53,159 nucleotides of DNA, filler included, from an uncultured virus (IMG/VR IMGVR_UViG_2049941000_000878) (6 parts of one record of this genome joined end to end with filler, not necessarily neighbours in it), one strand, 5' to 3'; positions 11,436 to 20,722 are shown, numbered from the whole stretch's first letter. Made by a program: numbers and translations. The notes: generated by a model from the letters alone, not told the origin.

Positions 11436-11653
11436 TCCGGCGCGACCATCTCCTGCACGCCGAGAGCTGCGCGCTCATCGCCGTGGCGGCCTCGACCGTC
11501 CTACCCTGGTGGGCGGCTGGCCTGCTGGCGCTGGGTGCCGGCATCGGGAAGGAGATCCGCGACAAGCTGCGGGGCGGCGTCCCTTCGTGGACTGACCTCG
11601 CGTGGGACTGCGCAGGTGTTCTGCTGGGTGTGACATTGATTCTAATACGATAG
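11432..11653 (+). CDS. Small membrane protein, YfiM/VanZ-like
   Basis: DH.LH...C, GIGKEIRD and SWTDLAWD..G motifs. Confidence 0.6.
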   Translation: MIRRDHLLHAESCALIAVAASTVLPWWAAGLLALGAGIGKEIRDKLRGGVPSWTDLAWDCAGVLLGVTLILIR

Positions 11654-11657
11654 CGAT

Positions 11658-11717
11658 ATGAATGAGCTTCACGACATGACCAAGATCCAGACACGACTCG
11701 CCATCGCGTCCTTCAGC
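11658..11717 (+). CDS. Putative holin N-terminus (probable C-terminus at 16168-16359)
   Basis: MNELHDMTKIQTRLAIASF; lies before the endolysin in the reconstructed order. Confidence 0.45.
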
Positions 11718-12623
11718 NNNNNNNNNNNNNNNNNNNNNNNNNNNNNNNNNNNNNNNNNNNNNNNNNNNNNNNNNNNNNNNNNNNNNNNNNNNNNNNNNNN
11801 NNNNNNNNNNNNNNNNNNNNNNNNNNNNNNNNNNNNNNNNNNNNNNNNNNNNNNNNNNNNNNNNNNNNNNNNNNNNNNNNNNNNNNNNNNNNNNNNNNNN
11901 NNNNNNNNNNNNNNNNNNNNNNNNNNNNNNNNNNNNNNNNNNNNNNNNNNNNNNNNNNNNNNNNNNNNNNNNNNNNNNNNNNNNNNNNNNNNNNNNNNNN
12001 NNNNNNNNNNNNNNNNNNNNNNNNNNNNNNNNNNNNNNNNNNNNNNNNNNNNNNNNNNNNNNNNNNNNNNNNNNNNNNNNNNNNNNNNNNNNNNNNNNNN
12101 NNNNNNNNNNNNNNNNNNNNNNNNNNNNNNNNNNNNNNNNNNNNNNNNNNNNNNNNNNNNNNNNNNNNNNNNNNNNNNNNNNNNNNNNNNNNNNNNNNNN
12201 NNNNNNNNNNNNNNNNNNNNNNNNNNNNNNNNNNNNNNNNNNNNNNNNNNNNNNNNNNNNNNNNNNNNNNNNNNNNNNNNNNNNNNNNNNNNNNNNNNNN
12301 NNNNNNNNNNNNNNNNNNNNNNNNNNNNNNNNNNNNNNNNNNNNNNNNNNNNNNNNNNNNNNNNNNNNNNNNNNNNNNNNNNNNNNNNNNNNNNNNNNNN
12401 NNNNNNNNNNNNNNNNNNNNNNNNNNNNNNNNNNNNNNNNNNNNNNNNNNNNNNNNNNNNNNNNNNNNNNNNNNNNNNNNNNNNNNNNNNNNNNNNNNNN
12501 NNNNNNNNNNNNNNNNNNNNNNNNNNNNNNNNNNNNNNNNNNNNNNNNNNNNNNNNNNNNNNNNNNNNNNNNNNNNNNNNNNNNNNNNNNNNNNNNNNNN
12601 NNTCAGAACCTTGTGATAACCGG

Positions 12624-13356
12624 ATGACCGAGAACACCGCGAAATTCCTGCAAGTCATGGCGGCGCTCATGTTCGCCGCCGGCATCGTGCTGTACTGCGG
12701 GATAAGGTTCCGTCCCGCGTCCCCGGAGGTGATCGTCCGCGAGGTCCACGACACCGTCGTGCAGGTGCGCGTCGATACGTTCGTCGCGTACAAGCCGGTG
12801 CCGTTCAACGTCTACACCGTGGACACCCTCTACGTCCCGGTCGCCGTTCCGGGCCAGCATGACACCGTCTGGGCCGCGCTGCCGTGGGAGGAGAAGGAGT
12901 ACAGGGACACGACCTACCGNNNNNNNNNNGCGTTTCCGTCCCGCGTCCCCGGAGGTGATCGTGCGCGAGGTCCACGACACCGTCGTGCAGGTGCGCGTCG
13001 ACACGCTCGTCGCGTACAAGCCGGTTCCGTTCAACGTCTACACGGTCGACACCCTCTACGTCCCGGTCGCCGTTCCGGGCCAGCACGACACCGTCTGGGC
13101 GGCGCTGCCGTGGGAGGAGAAGGAGTACAGGGACACGACCTACCGCGCGGTGGTCGAAGGGTTCCGTCCGGGCCTGAAGGAGATAGAGGTCTACCAGAGG
13201 ACCAAGACCGTCACGGTGACGGAGCGCGTGAAGGTGGAGCCGTCCCGGTGGAGCTGGGGAGTGCAGGCCGGTGTCGGCACGAACGGCACGCAGGTGACGC
13301 CTTATCTCGGCGTCGGCATCCAATACCGCATCGGCTACTTTGATTTCACGAAATAA
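12624..13356 (+). CDS. Spanin-like (Rz-type) membrane-anchored protein, two overlapping variant fragments
   Basis: N-terminal TM, repeated DT(V/L) motifs, C-terminal beta strands WSWGVQAGVG..PYLGVGIQY. Confidence 0.6.
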
Positions 13357-13384
13357 TCGCTATATTTGTAGTCGCATACTATCG

Positions 13385-13425
13385 AGGAAGGTCCCGCAGG
13401 CAGCACGCCGGGGGCCTTCCTTTTT
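13385..13425 (+). terminator. Intrinsic terminator after the lysis genes
   Basis: AGGAAGGTCCC...GGGGCCTTCCT followed by a T run. Confidence 0.7.
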
Positions 13426-13579
13426 GCTGAAAACGTCACGATGTTGTCGGAAGAAAATGGCCAAAGTGTCAAAAATGACACCCCGCGCATCTCTGCGCAG
13501 GGTGCCTGCAATTCTAACCAAAAAGACCGGAAAAACGGCCACCCACGCACGTCAGGGGGCGGTCAGCGCNNNNNNNNNN

Positions 13580-14236
13580 GATGCGGCTGAAGGGGTCGCG
13601 CGGTATCAATATCCGCCCGGTGTCCTCGTCGTTGTAGCGCGCACGCGCAGCGTCGTAGATGTGCGCCAGCTTCATGACGTGACGCGAAGCCGTCCCGCCG
13701 CCCTTCGGCTTGCCGGTCTCCACCAGCGCCTTCTTCGTGTACGACCACTGCAACTTGTTCTCCGCGTCCGTCGCCTCCATGTAGTCCAGGATCAGCCGCC
13801 GCGTGATGTCGTTCACGTCAAGCTCGCGCCGCCCCAGGTACCGTTCCAGCGAACGCAGCGCGCCCTCGTAGTTCCGCCGCGTCGACTCCGCCTTGCAGGT
13901 GATCCACGAATCCGCGAAGGTGAAGAAATCCAGCCGGAACGCATCGGCACGCATGGCAGCGCGGATGTGGTCCACCAGTTGCACGACCGTCATGTCCTCC
14001 AGGTCGAAGGGGTTGATGTCCGCGATGGCGGCGCGCATCTGGACGATGATCTCGTCGCAGCGCGACAGGATCTCCGGGTTCTTTATCTTCAGGGAGCGCG
14101 TGAGGTCCGAGGGCCGCGCGTACAGGGACGTGGGTATGCGCCGCTGCCCGCGGTTGTGCAGGACGCGGATCTTGACGTTGTAGGTGCCGTCCCCTCGCTT
14201 GTCGCCGGGGATGACCACCGCCTTGAATGATGGCAT
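13580..14236 (-). CDS. int: Tyrosine integrase, N-terminal arm-binding and core-binding part
   Basis: K..DGTYNVKIRV.H....RIPT, DFFTFA and STRRNY...L..LE.YLG motifs of Bacteroidota integrases. Confidence 0.85.
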
Positions 14237-14303
14237 GATGTATCAGTGTTAAGCGTGCCGACAACACCGGACGAGCCGACATTTATCCGACAACATTTGC
14301 ACC

Positions 14304-14311
14304 CAAAGATA
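14304..14311 (-). promoter_or_regulatory. Bacteroidota -7 promoter element (TATCTTTG) upstream of the integrase
   Basis: Matches TAnnTTTG; conserved in variant copy 14415-14536. Confidence 0.6.
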
Positions 14312-14546
14312 TGGAAATTTTGCGTAAAATTGCAACGGTCCGCCCACTTCAGTGGCGCTGACCGCCCCCTGACGTGCGTGGGTGGCCGTTTTTCCGGTCT
14401 TTTTNNNNNNNNNNATATCCGACAACATTTGCACCCAAAGATACGCTAAATTTAGCGAAAATTGCACACATCCGGCGATGTCACCTGCGCTGACCGCCCC
14501 CTGACGTGCGTGGGTGGCCGTTTTTCCGGTCTTTTTNNNNNNNNNN

Positions 14547-15069
14547 ACAAGTGACTTCTCCGGAAATCCGATAGTGGCCCTTGCAACGCCAGCAACGCCG
14601 GACGGAACGCTTATCGCTACGCTCGCCAACGGAGACACCATCGTCATCGACCTCAATCACAACCATCCGCAATATCCGAAGTATGTGATGCTCCAGAGCG
14701 AAAGCGATATGCTTGCAACCCCTGACAGCACAACCCTATATATGTGGCCGGAGGAGTAGCTTATGAAATATGGCAACACAACGGTAGGAGGAATGTCATT
14801 CGGCTCTGTCAAGATTGGCGGTGCGCGAATGGGGAACGTCCTTGTCTATCGGCAGGGGACGCGCCCGCCCCTNNNNNNNNNNACCGCGCTGGCCGCATAT
14901 ACGACCACTGCGAACCTGACCACGCTGCTCGCCGCGAAGCAGGACACCATCTCGGACCTCGCATCTATCCGCAGCGGCGCGAATGCTGGCGCTACGGCCT
15001 ACCAGAAGCCGCCAACAGGCATCCCCGCGTCCGACCTTGCAGAAGGCGTCATTCCGACCGTGCCGACAG
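14547..15069 (+). CDS. Fragments of tail-fibre-associated structural proteins (14547-14759, 14763-14872, 14883-15069)
   Basis: PDSTTLY.., MKYGNTTVG.. and KQDTISDL..IRSGA..GATAYQKP..GIP.SDL motifs. Confidence 0.5.
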
Positions 15070-15449
15070 NNNNNNNNNNNNNNNNNNNNNNNNNNNNNNN
15101 NNNNNNNNNNNNNNNNNNNNNNNNNNNNNNNNNNNNNNNNNNNNNNNNNNNNNNNNNNNNNNNNNNNNNNNNNNNNNNNNNNNNNNNNNNNNNNNNNNNN
15201 NNNNNNNNNNNNNNNNNNNNNNNNNNNNNNNNNNNNNNNNNNNNNNNNNNNNNNNNNNNNNNNNNNNNNNNNNNNNNNNNNNNNNNNNNNNNNNNNNNNN
15301 NNNNNNNNNNNNNNNNNNNNNNNNNNNNNNNNNNNNNNNNNNNNNNNNNNNNNNNNNNNNNNNNNNNNNNNNNNNNNNNNNNNNNNNNNNNNNNNNNNNN
15401 NNNNNNNNNNNNNNNNNNNNNNNNNNNNNNNNNNNNNNNNNNNNNNNNN

Positions 15450-15988
15450 TCACATCTTCTACCCCGAAGTCAAGTATCGAACAGATCCTGGACATTCGCG
15501 AGTTTATTGACTGCTATCTTATGATGGAAGTATGTAACGTATGGGATTCGTGGGCGAGGAATACGCTGTATGGTAGTTGGGACGGTCAGCATTTCGCCCC
15601 GATGGTGTACGACATGAACAACTCCTTCAATGGGTTTGGCGGAAAGAATACCGGCCCTTATACCGCATATTATCCTCCGACCAGCGACACCTACAACCAA
15701 AAAGCGCGTTCGATGTCGTGGTTCGTCGCTCTTGAAGCCATCCTCGCCAACGACATAAGGGACAGGTACAAGGAGCTGCAATCGCTCGGCGTGTTTACGG
15801 TAGAAAACATTGTAGGGCTGTTCGACGAATGGGCGGAATGGGTCGGATTCAACGCCTACGCCAGGCACGCGAGCAGATGGCCGGATTGCCCCAGCCTTAT
15901 CGGCACCAACCGTGACATAGATAAAATTTCAGTTCTCCGTGATTGGGTGTCACAGAGAATAGCGTTCCTTAACAACAAATATCTTTAA
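15450..15988 (+). CDS. CotH-kinase-like C-terminal domain (alternative tail module)
   Basis: FIDCYL......WDSWARN....W......PMVYDMNNSF...WV.QRI.FL pattern; lower GC. Confidence 0.65.
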
Positions 15989-15990
15989 TC

Positions 15991-16157
15991 ATGGGAAAGA
16001 AACTGATAATTCCGGACGTGAATTATTTGCCGTATGCGCTTAATACAGATGCGCTGCCGCTTGCGGACTATGCGGTCCGCGGATATTACGACTCCACCAC
16101 GAACAAGATCATCGACACACCCGCTGATAATGGCTATCAGGTGGCAGTCCTGCCCAT
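15991..16157 (+). CDS. Tail-module accessory protein N-terminus
   Basis: MGKKLIIPDVNY start directly after the CotH-like gene. Confidence 0.45.
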
Positions 16158-16167
16158 NNNNNNNNNN

Positions 16168-16359
16168 ACGGGCGTCCTCATCGCCTGCGTGTGCATCTTC
16201 TTCATCGATCCCATAGGCGAGATAGCGAACAGCGCCATCTCCATCGTGTCGGAGTTCCTGGTGTTGTGCGGCGCGCTGCTGGGAATCAAGACATCCTTCG
16301 ACATCAAGCTTAAGCGGTTCCAGTCAGAAATCGACGACATCAAGAGAAACGAGAAATGA
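16168..16359 (+). CDS. Putative holin C-terminal part
   Basis: TM-PIGEI.NS-TM-charged tail; upstream of the endolysin. Confidence 0.55.
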   Translation, partial: TGVLIACVCIFFIDPIGEIANSAISIVSEFLVLCGALLGIKTSFDIKLKRFQSEIDDIKRNEK

Positions 16360-16544
16360 ACAAGGAAACACTCAAGAAACTGGCGGCGTTCTTCTGCACC
16401 TGCTTCGGTGTGGTAGGCGCTCTGGGCGGGACGATCGTCGCCGCCGTCAACGGCTCCGGCTTCATCGCGTTCTGCGTGGCAGCGTGCGGTGCTATGGCCG
16501 CGCCGTTCATACTGAAACTATGGAAGGATGATCCCTGCGAGTAA
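16356..16544 (+). CDS. Small two-TM protein
   Basis: Hydrophobic 62-aa ORF overlapping both neighbours. Confidence 0.55.
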   Translation: MNKETLKKLAAFFCTCFGVVGALGGTIVAAVNGSGFIAFCVAACGAMAAPFILKLWKDDPCE

Positions 16545-16946
16545 GCATTATTTCGACCTGTGGGAGTTCATCAAAAGCGACACCGCCGAGGCGAAGGGGA
16601 TAAGCAATTTCCCGACGTTCGAGGTGGTGGCGCGTCTCTCGCAGTTGCGTGACGAGATCCTGGACCCCATGCGCGAGGCGTGGGGCGGTCCGCTGGTGGT
16701 GACGTCCGGCTATCGCTGCAAGGCGCTGAACAAGGCGGTCGGAGGCGTGGCGAACTCCGCGCACCTGTCCGGGTGGGCGGCTGACATCCGTCCGACGGAC
16801 AAGCGACGCACGGCGAAGTTCATCCTCTGGGCGGCGTGCTGGCTGGAGGAGAACCGCATCAACTACGACCAGGCGATAGACGAGAACGTGAAGGGTGAGA
16901 GGTGGCTGCACATCGCCCTGAAGTCCAACGACGGAAGGCAGCGCCG
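16528..16946 (+). CDS. Endolysin, peptidase M15 (Zn D-Ala-D-Ala peptidase fold)
   Basis: TSGYRC..LN..VGG...SAH..G.AADI and WLHI motifs. Confidence 0.88.
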
Positions 16947-17118
16947 NNNNNNNNNNCAGATCGGGGGCGAGAGGTGGCTGCACATCGCCCTGAAGTCCAA
17001 CGACGGAAGGCAGCGCCGNNNNNNNNNNNNNNNNNNNNNNNNNNNNNNNNNNNNNNNNNNNNTTAATTAATTAANNNNNNNNNNNNNNNNNNNNNNNNNN
17101 NNNNNNNNNNNNNNNNNN

Positions 17119-17448
17119 GGTCACATCCAACGACGTCCTCCACTCTGCGGTGGTAATTACACCGCTTATGTAAATAAGGAACTCAAAGCCTTGAGCGCAT
17201 TTGATTGTATAATCGCCATTGTCTTGAGTAATCAGCTGTGAGACCATACGGATGCGCGTATTGTCGGCGTAGTTGGTGATGTTTCCCGAAGAATTGGGCG
17301 CGTTTATCGAACCGACCTCAAATTCTCCCAAGTCAATCTTGCTGTTTCTCTCAAGGATTGTATCTGTTCTGTCTCCCAAGACCTTTCCCATTTGGGCGGT
17401 CAATGCTTTGTCGGCGCCTCCTGTGTGAAGGTCATTCACCAGGCCGAT
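17119..17448 (-). CDS. Tail fibre fragment (another variable module)
   Basis: VNDL.TGG.DKALTAQMGK.L fibre motif followed by low-GC beta-rich sequence. Confidence 0.55.
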
Positions 17449-17459
17449 NNNNNNNNNNG

Positions 17460-17804
17460 ATCGCCGACCCCTCGGTGTCTTGGTGCGGCCAGCTCGGACA
17501 CGGTCTCGTCTTCGCTTACGGACGTTTCCGACCGAGGGCGTTACCCTTCGTCTGCTGGCTGAACGTGCCGATGGCGCGGGAACACGGTATCCGCTACTTC
17601 GACGAGACGCGGACCTGGAAGCTGGAGCCGACGATGTTCTACGATACGGGGGCGTCCTTCTATCTCGACTGCCGACGGTTCGACCTGCCGGAGCGCCAGA
17701 TCTGCTGGGAGGATTACGCCGTCCACTTCAAGGGCGGCAGCTGGGATGACCGCGACCCGGCGGAGTTCCTGTGGGAGAACCGCGCGCTGTACGTTTCCAA
17801 GTGA
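17460..17804 (+). CDS. Glycosyltransferase, C-terminal half
   Basis: The first ~50 bp overlap 18727-18776; YDTG and HFKGGSW motifs. Confidence 0.7.
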   Translation: MADPSVSWCGQLGHGLVFAYGRFRPRALPFVCWLNVPMAREHGIRYFDETRTWKLEPTMFYDTGASFYLDCRRFDLPERQICWEDYAVHFKGGSWDDRDPAEFLWENRALYVSK

Positions 17805-17811
17805 GGGCGCA

Positions 17812-17897
17812 GCGCTATTATTATAGTGAGAGTTCAAAAGTTGACAGAATCTTGAGATTATCAGTGTTAAGCAGGGGCCGCAGTGATGCGGCCCTTT
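17812..17897 (+). ncRNA. Candidate small antisense RNA, unit 2 (motif + variable region + GUGA hairpin)
   Basis: GCGCTATTATTATAGTG, ~44 nt, then the 10-bp stem AGGGGCCGCA-GTGA-TGCGGCCCTT; contains 14 nt complementary to the integrase leader. Confidence 0.55.
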
Positions 17898-17923
17898 GCT
17901 ATTTTATAGTGAAGTCTTTTTTT
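17898..17923 (+). ncRNA. Start of candidate small RNA unit 3 (truncated by gap)
   Basis: GCTATTTTATAGTG immediately after the unit-2 hairpin. Confidence 0.4.
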
Positions 17924-17933
17924 NNNNNNNNNN

Positions 17934-18276
17934 GGTCCTTCAGGCGCGTCTGCGGCGTCTTGGTGCGGTTTCTGACGGCACATGGTGGCTGCCGGTCCTG
18001 CGCGACCTTGACGACGACAAGAGCGTGGCATCGCAGAAGGTGAACCGCGGCCTGTCGAACTGGTGCAGGAAGAACGGCGTGGACCGCTTCACCTTCTACG
18101 CGGCGCGTCACACATGGGCGACGCTGGCGAGGAAGGCCGGCGTGGAGAAGGCGCTGGTGGACGAGTGCCTGTGCCATGTGGGTGATTACGAACTCACGGA
18201 CATCTACGCCGAGCGCGACTGGGACCTCATCAACGGCGCAAACGCGAAGGTGCTGGCGTTGTTTAGTTGGGACTAA
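17934..18276 (+). CDS. int: Tyrosine integrase, catalytic C-terminus
   Basis: TFYAARHTWATLA, L.H and TDIY motifs. Confidence 0.88.
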
Positions 18277-18297
18277 ACCTTTCCAATGGGCCGGCTG

Positions 18298-18379
18298 GCG
18301 CTATTTTATAGTGTCAAAAATTTTAGTTTCATAGTGGTTTGAGTAATTCGCGCCTGCGCCGTGACGGTGCGGGCGTTTT
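18298..18379 (+). ncRNA. Candidate small antisense RNA, unit 1
   Basis: GCGCTATTTTATAGTG, ~36 nt whose complement reads like a translation start, then the CGCCTGCGCC-GTGAC-GGTGCGGGCG-TTTT hairpin. Confidence 0.55.
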
Positions 18380-18387
18380 CCGTATGT

Positions 18388-18776
18388 ATGGATATAGCCT
18401 TCGTTCACTACAATACGCCGGAGCTGTCCGGCGCGCTCGTCCGCAGCATTCGCAAATGGACGCCGGACGCGCGGATCACCGTCTTCGACAACAGCGACCG
18501 CAAGCCCTTCCCGGAGACGGAGGGCGTCACTATCTACGACAACACCCGCGCCCAGATTATTGACTTCGACGCGTTCCTCGAAAGGTTCCCGCGACGGAAG
18601 CTCGACGAGAAATCGAACTTCGGCAGCGTCAAGCATACGATGTCCGTGGACTGGCTGTTTGACGTCCTGACGGACGGGTTCGTCCTGCTCGACTCGGACG
18701 TCCTGCTGAAGCGTGACGTCTCGGAAATCGCCGACCCCTCGGTGTCTTGGTGCGGCCAGCTCGGACACGGTCTCGT
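18388..18776 (+). CDS. GT-A fold (GT2-like) glycosyltransferase, N-terminal half
   Basis: VHYNTPE, VFDNSD and LLDSD (DxD) motifs. Confidence 0.75.
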
Positions 18777-18786
18777 NNNNNNNNNN

Positions 18787-19011
18787 ATGCTCCGACGGCT
18801 GGACGCGCTTATCAAGCTCGTTCGCAATCTTTATGGCCTTTGCTACCAGCGAATCCGTCAGCAGCCGCGGGTTCCCATTCATGGCTGAACTCAATGTGGT
18901 CCTATTTATATCCAGCAGGGCGGCAAATTCCGTCTGATTTCTGACGATGCCGGAGGAAAGGCAGCGCTCGTATGCGTCCTTGAGCGCGTCCAGTTTGACG
19001 TTTTGTTCCAT
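18787..19011 (-). CDS. CI-like repressor N-terminal HTH (variant A)
   Basis: NQTEFAALLDINRTTLSSAMNG XRE-type HTH, divergent from the early genes. Confidence 0.75.
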
Positions 19012-19069
19012 AGTGTAGATTTTTTGAAAATAATTGTCGAGAAATTGTTGATTATTTGATTTTTTGTTG

Positions 19070-19099
19070 TATCTTTGTAACACCTTACAAACAAAGTTA
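19070..19099. promoter_or_regulatory. Overlapping divergent promoters with a palindromic operator candidate
   Basis: TATCTTTG (+, 19070-19077), TAACTTTG (-, 19092-19099) and TTTGTAA-cacc-TTACAAA (19074-19091); the variant at 19438-19467 has the same two-promoter layout. Confidence 0.65.
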
Positions 19100-19123
19100 A
19101 ACAAAATTCAACAGCACACCACT

Positions 19124-19312
19124 ATGACACGCGAAGAAATTACCCAAAGAATCGAGGCCCTTTCGGAGGAAATGTTCCTGCTCGGTAAAGACTGCACCTC
19201 CCAGCACTTCAATGAAGAAGGGAATATCCGTGCCGCCCTCCGCATCGCAGGCGAACTTCTAAAGAACACATCCTACACGCTGGACGACATCGCCGGCGAG
19301 TTGAGCGCATAA
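19124..19312 (+). CDS. First early gene, hypothetical (variant at 19493-19684)
   Basis: Two homologous copies (LG..CT..HF...G..RA.L..AGE.LKNTS). Confidence 0.7.
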   Translation: MTREEITQRIEALSEEMFLLGKDCTSQHFNEEGNIRAALRIAGELLKNTSYTLDDIAGELSA

Positions 19313-19685
19313 GACTGAACCGAGGGGCGTGTTTCGGAAACGCCTGGCAGCCTTCGTAAGTCCAGGAGCGCAGGTNNNNNNNNNNAAATAAACGTGAAAT
19401 TTTTACACAAATGTTTTGTTTTTACAAAATAAATGTGTAGATTTGCATCAAACAATACACAAAGGTACAACAAAACTCAAAACAACAAGGCCATGACAAT
19501 CGAAGAACTCTCCCAGAAGATAGACGATCTCTCCCAGAAGGTCTACGAACTTGGAAGGAGCTGCACCGATGAACACTTCCAGCAGGACGGCAAGCACCGC
19601 GCGATTCTCTGCCTCGCCGGAGAGTTCCTGAAGAATACGTCCTTCACTATGGATTCAATCTTTGAAGAATTAACTACCGAATAAT

Positions 19686-19880
19686 ATGGCAACTGACACC
19701 CCCTTACTCACTCGTTTACGCGAAATGAACATCGGCGACAAAGTGACCGTGAGCATCGACACCTACGGCTACAACACCGTGCGCCGCTACGCCTGCGACC
19801 TCGGAGTGTTTCTGGACCGCCGTTACTCTACGCACGTCAACCGCGCCGACCGCACCTACACCGTCACCCGCTTATCGTAA
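19686..19880 (+). CDS. Small Cro/Xis-like DNA-binding protein (variant at 21969-22154)
   Basis: L..M.IG......Y.TVR.YA..LG family; position in the early operon. Confidence 0.55.
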   Translation: MATDTPLLTRLREMNIGDKVTVSIDTYGYNTVRRYACDLGVFLDRRYSTHVNRADRTYTVTRLS

Positions 19881-19977
19881 CGCCATGATCCCGCAGAACG
19901 TCCCCGCACAATACCGCAACCTCNNNNNNNNNNGGAGCCGTGACGGTCCCGCCTGCTTCTTTTATGTCCGGGCGTGT

Positions 19978-20722
19978 CTACTGGATCATCCGGAGGAGGA
20001 CGCGCCAGACGCCGCGGATCTCGTCGCGTGTGACGACTATCGGCTGGTAGGCGGGATTGTCGCTTCGCAGGATGAACGTGCCGTTCTCGCCCTGGTCGAT
20101 GCGCTTCAGGACCGGACCGTCCACGGTGTCGATGACGTGGACCTCACCCCATGCGATGACGGACTTGACACGTTTGAGAAGCACGCGCGCGCCCGCAGGG
20201 AAGCCCGGAGCCATTGAGTCGCCTGTTACCTCGAAGGCCAGCTCTGCGCCGCGTATGGGCGACGTGATGCGCTCGCACTCCCATTCCTCGACACCCTCGG
20301 AGAATCCCTGGAGGGCGCCGCCNNNNNNNNNNTGGAGCCATTGAGTCGCCTGTTACCTCGAAGGCCAGCTCTGCGCCGCGTACAGGGGACGTGATGCGTT
20401 CGCACTCCCATTCCTCGACACCCTCGGAGAATCCCTGGAGGGCGCCGCCTCTGACGGCGTAGGGGACGATGGGGACGGTGTCGGCTGGAGGCGCTTCCTC
20501 GCCCTCCATCACCGGACCTTCACCGGTCAATAAATATTCCATGCGGAATCCGAACACGTCGGCCCAGCTCCGCGCCACGGTCGGTCCGAGCTTGCGCCCG
20601 GATAACTGATTGCTGACCGCTTGCTGGGAAACACCCAGGCGGTCGGCTGCATCGCTCATGCTGATACCGTTTTCTGATAAGAACGCCCTCATCTTGGACG
20701 CGATCTCTTTTCCTTTTTCCAT
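19978..20722 (-). CDS. CI-like repressor (variant B): XRE HTH plus S24 peptidase, in overlapping fragments
   Basis: AADRLGVSQQAVSNQL HTH; V.GDSM.P and LKR catalytic motifs. Confidence 0.85.

Noticed and set aside
838..13356. Apparent tandem gene duplications (protease, portal, adaptor, spanin)
   Set aside because: Copies are separated by 10-N gaps and differ mostly at synonymous sites; they are strain variants, not duplications
9410..13356. Diversity-generating retroelement (TR/VR pairs)
   Set aside because: No reverse transcriptase is visible, and differences between near-duplicates are not adenine-specific
13520..14536. 50-bp perfect inverted repeats around the integrase fragment, resembling transposon ends or an invertible segment
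   Set aside because: Each copy ends at a gap and equals the usual assembly overlap length; the integrase fragment is simply placed in reverse
17912..17920. Unit 3 start complementary to the TonB receptor 5' coding region (52752-52760)
   Set aside because: A 9-nt low-complexity match in a truncated unit; too weak to claim
17812..18379. CRISPR mini-array
   Set aside because: The shared part is only ~14 nt, the hairpins differ in sequence, a gene interrupts the units and there are no cas genes; kept instead as a small-RNA candidate
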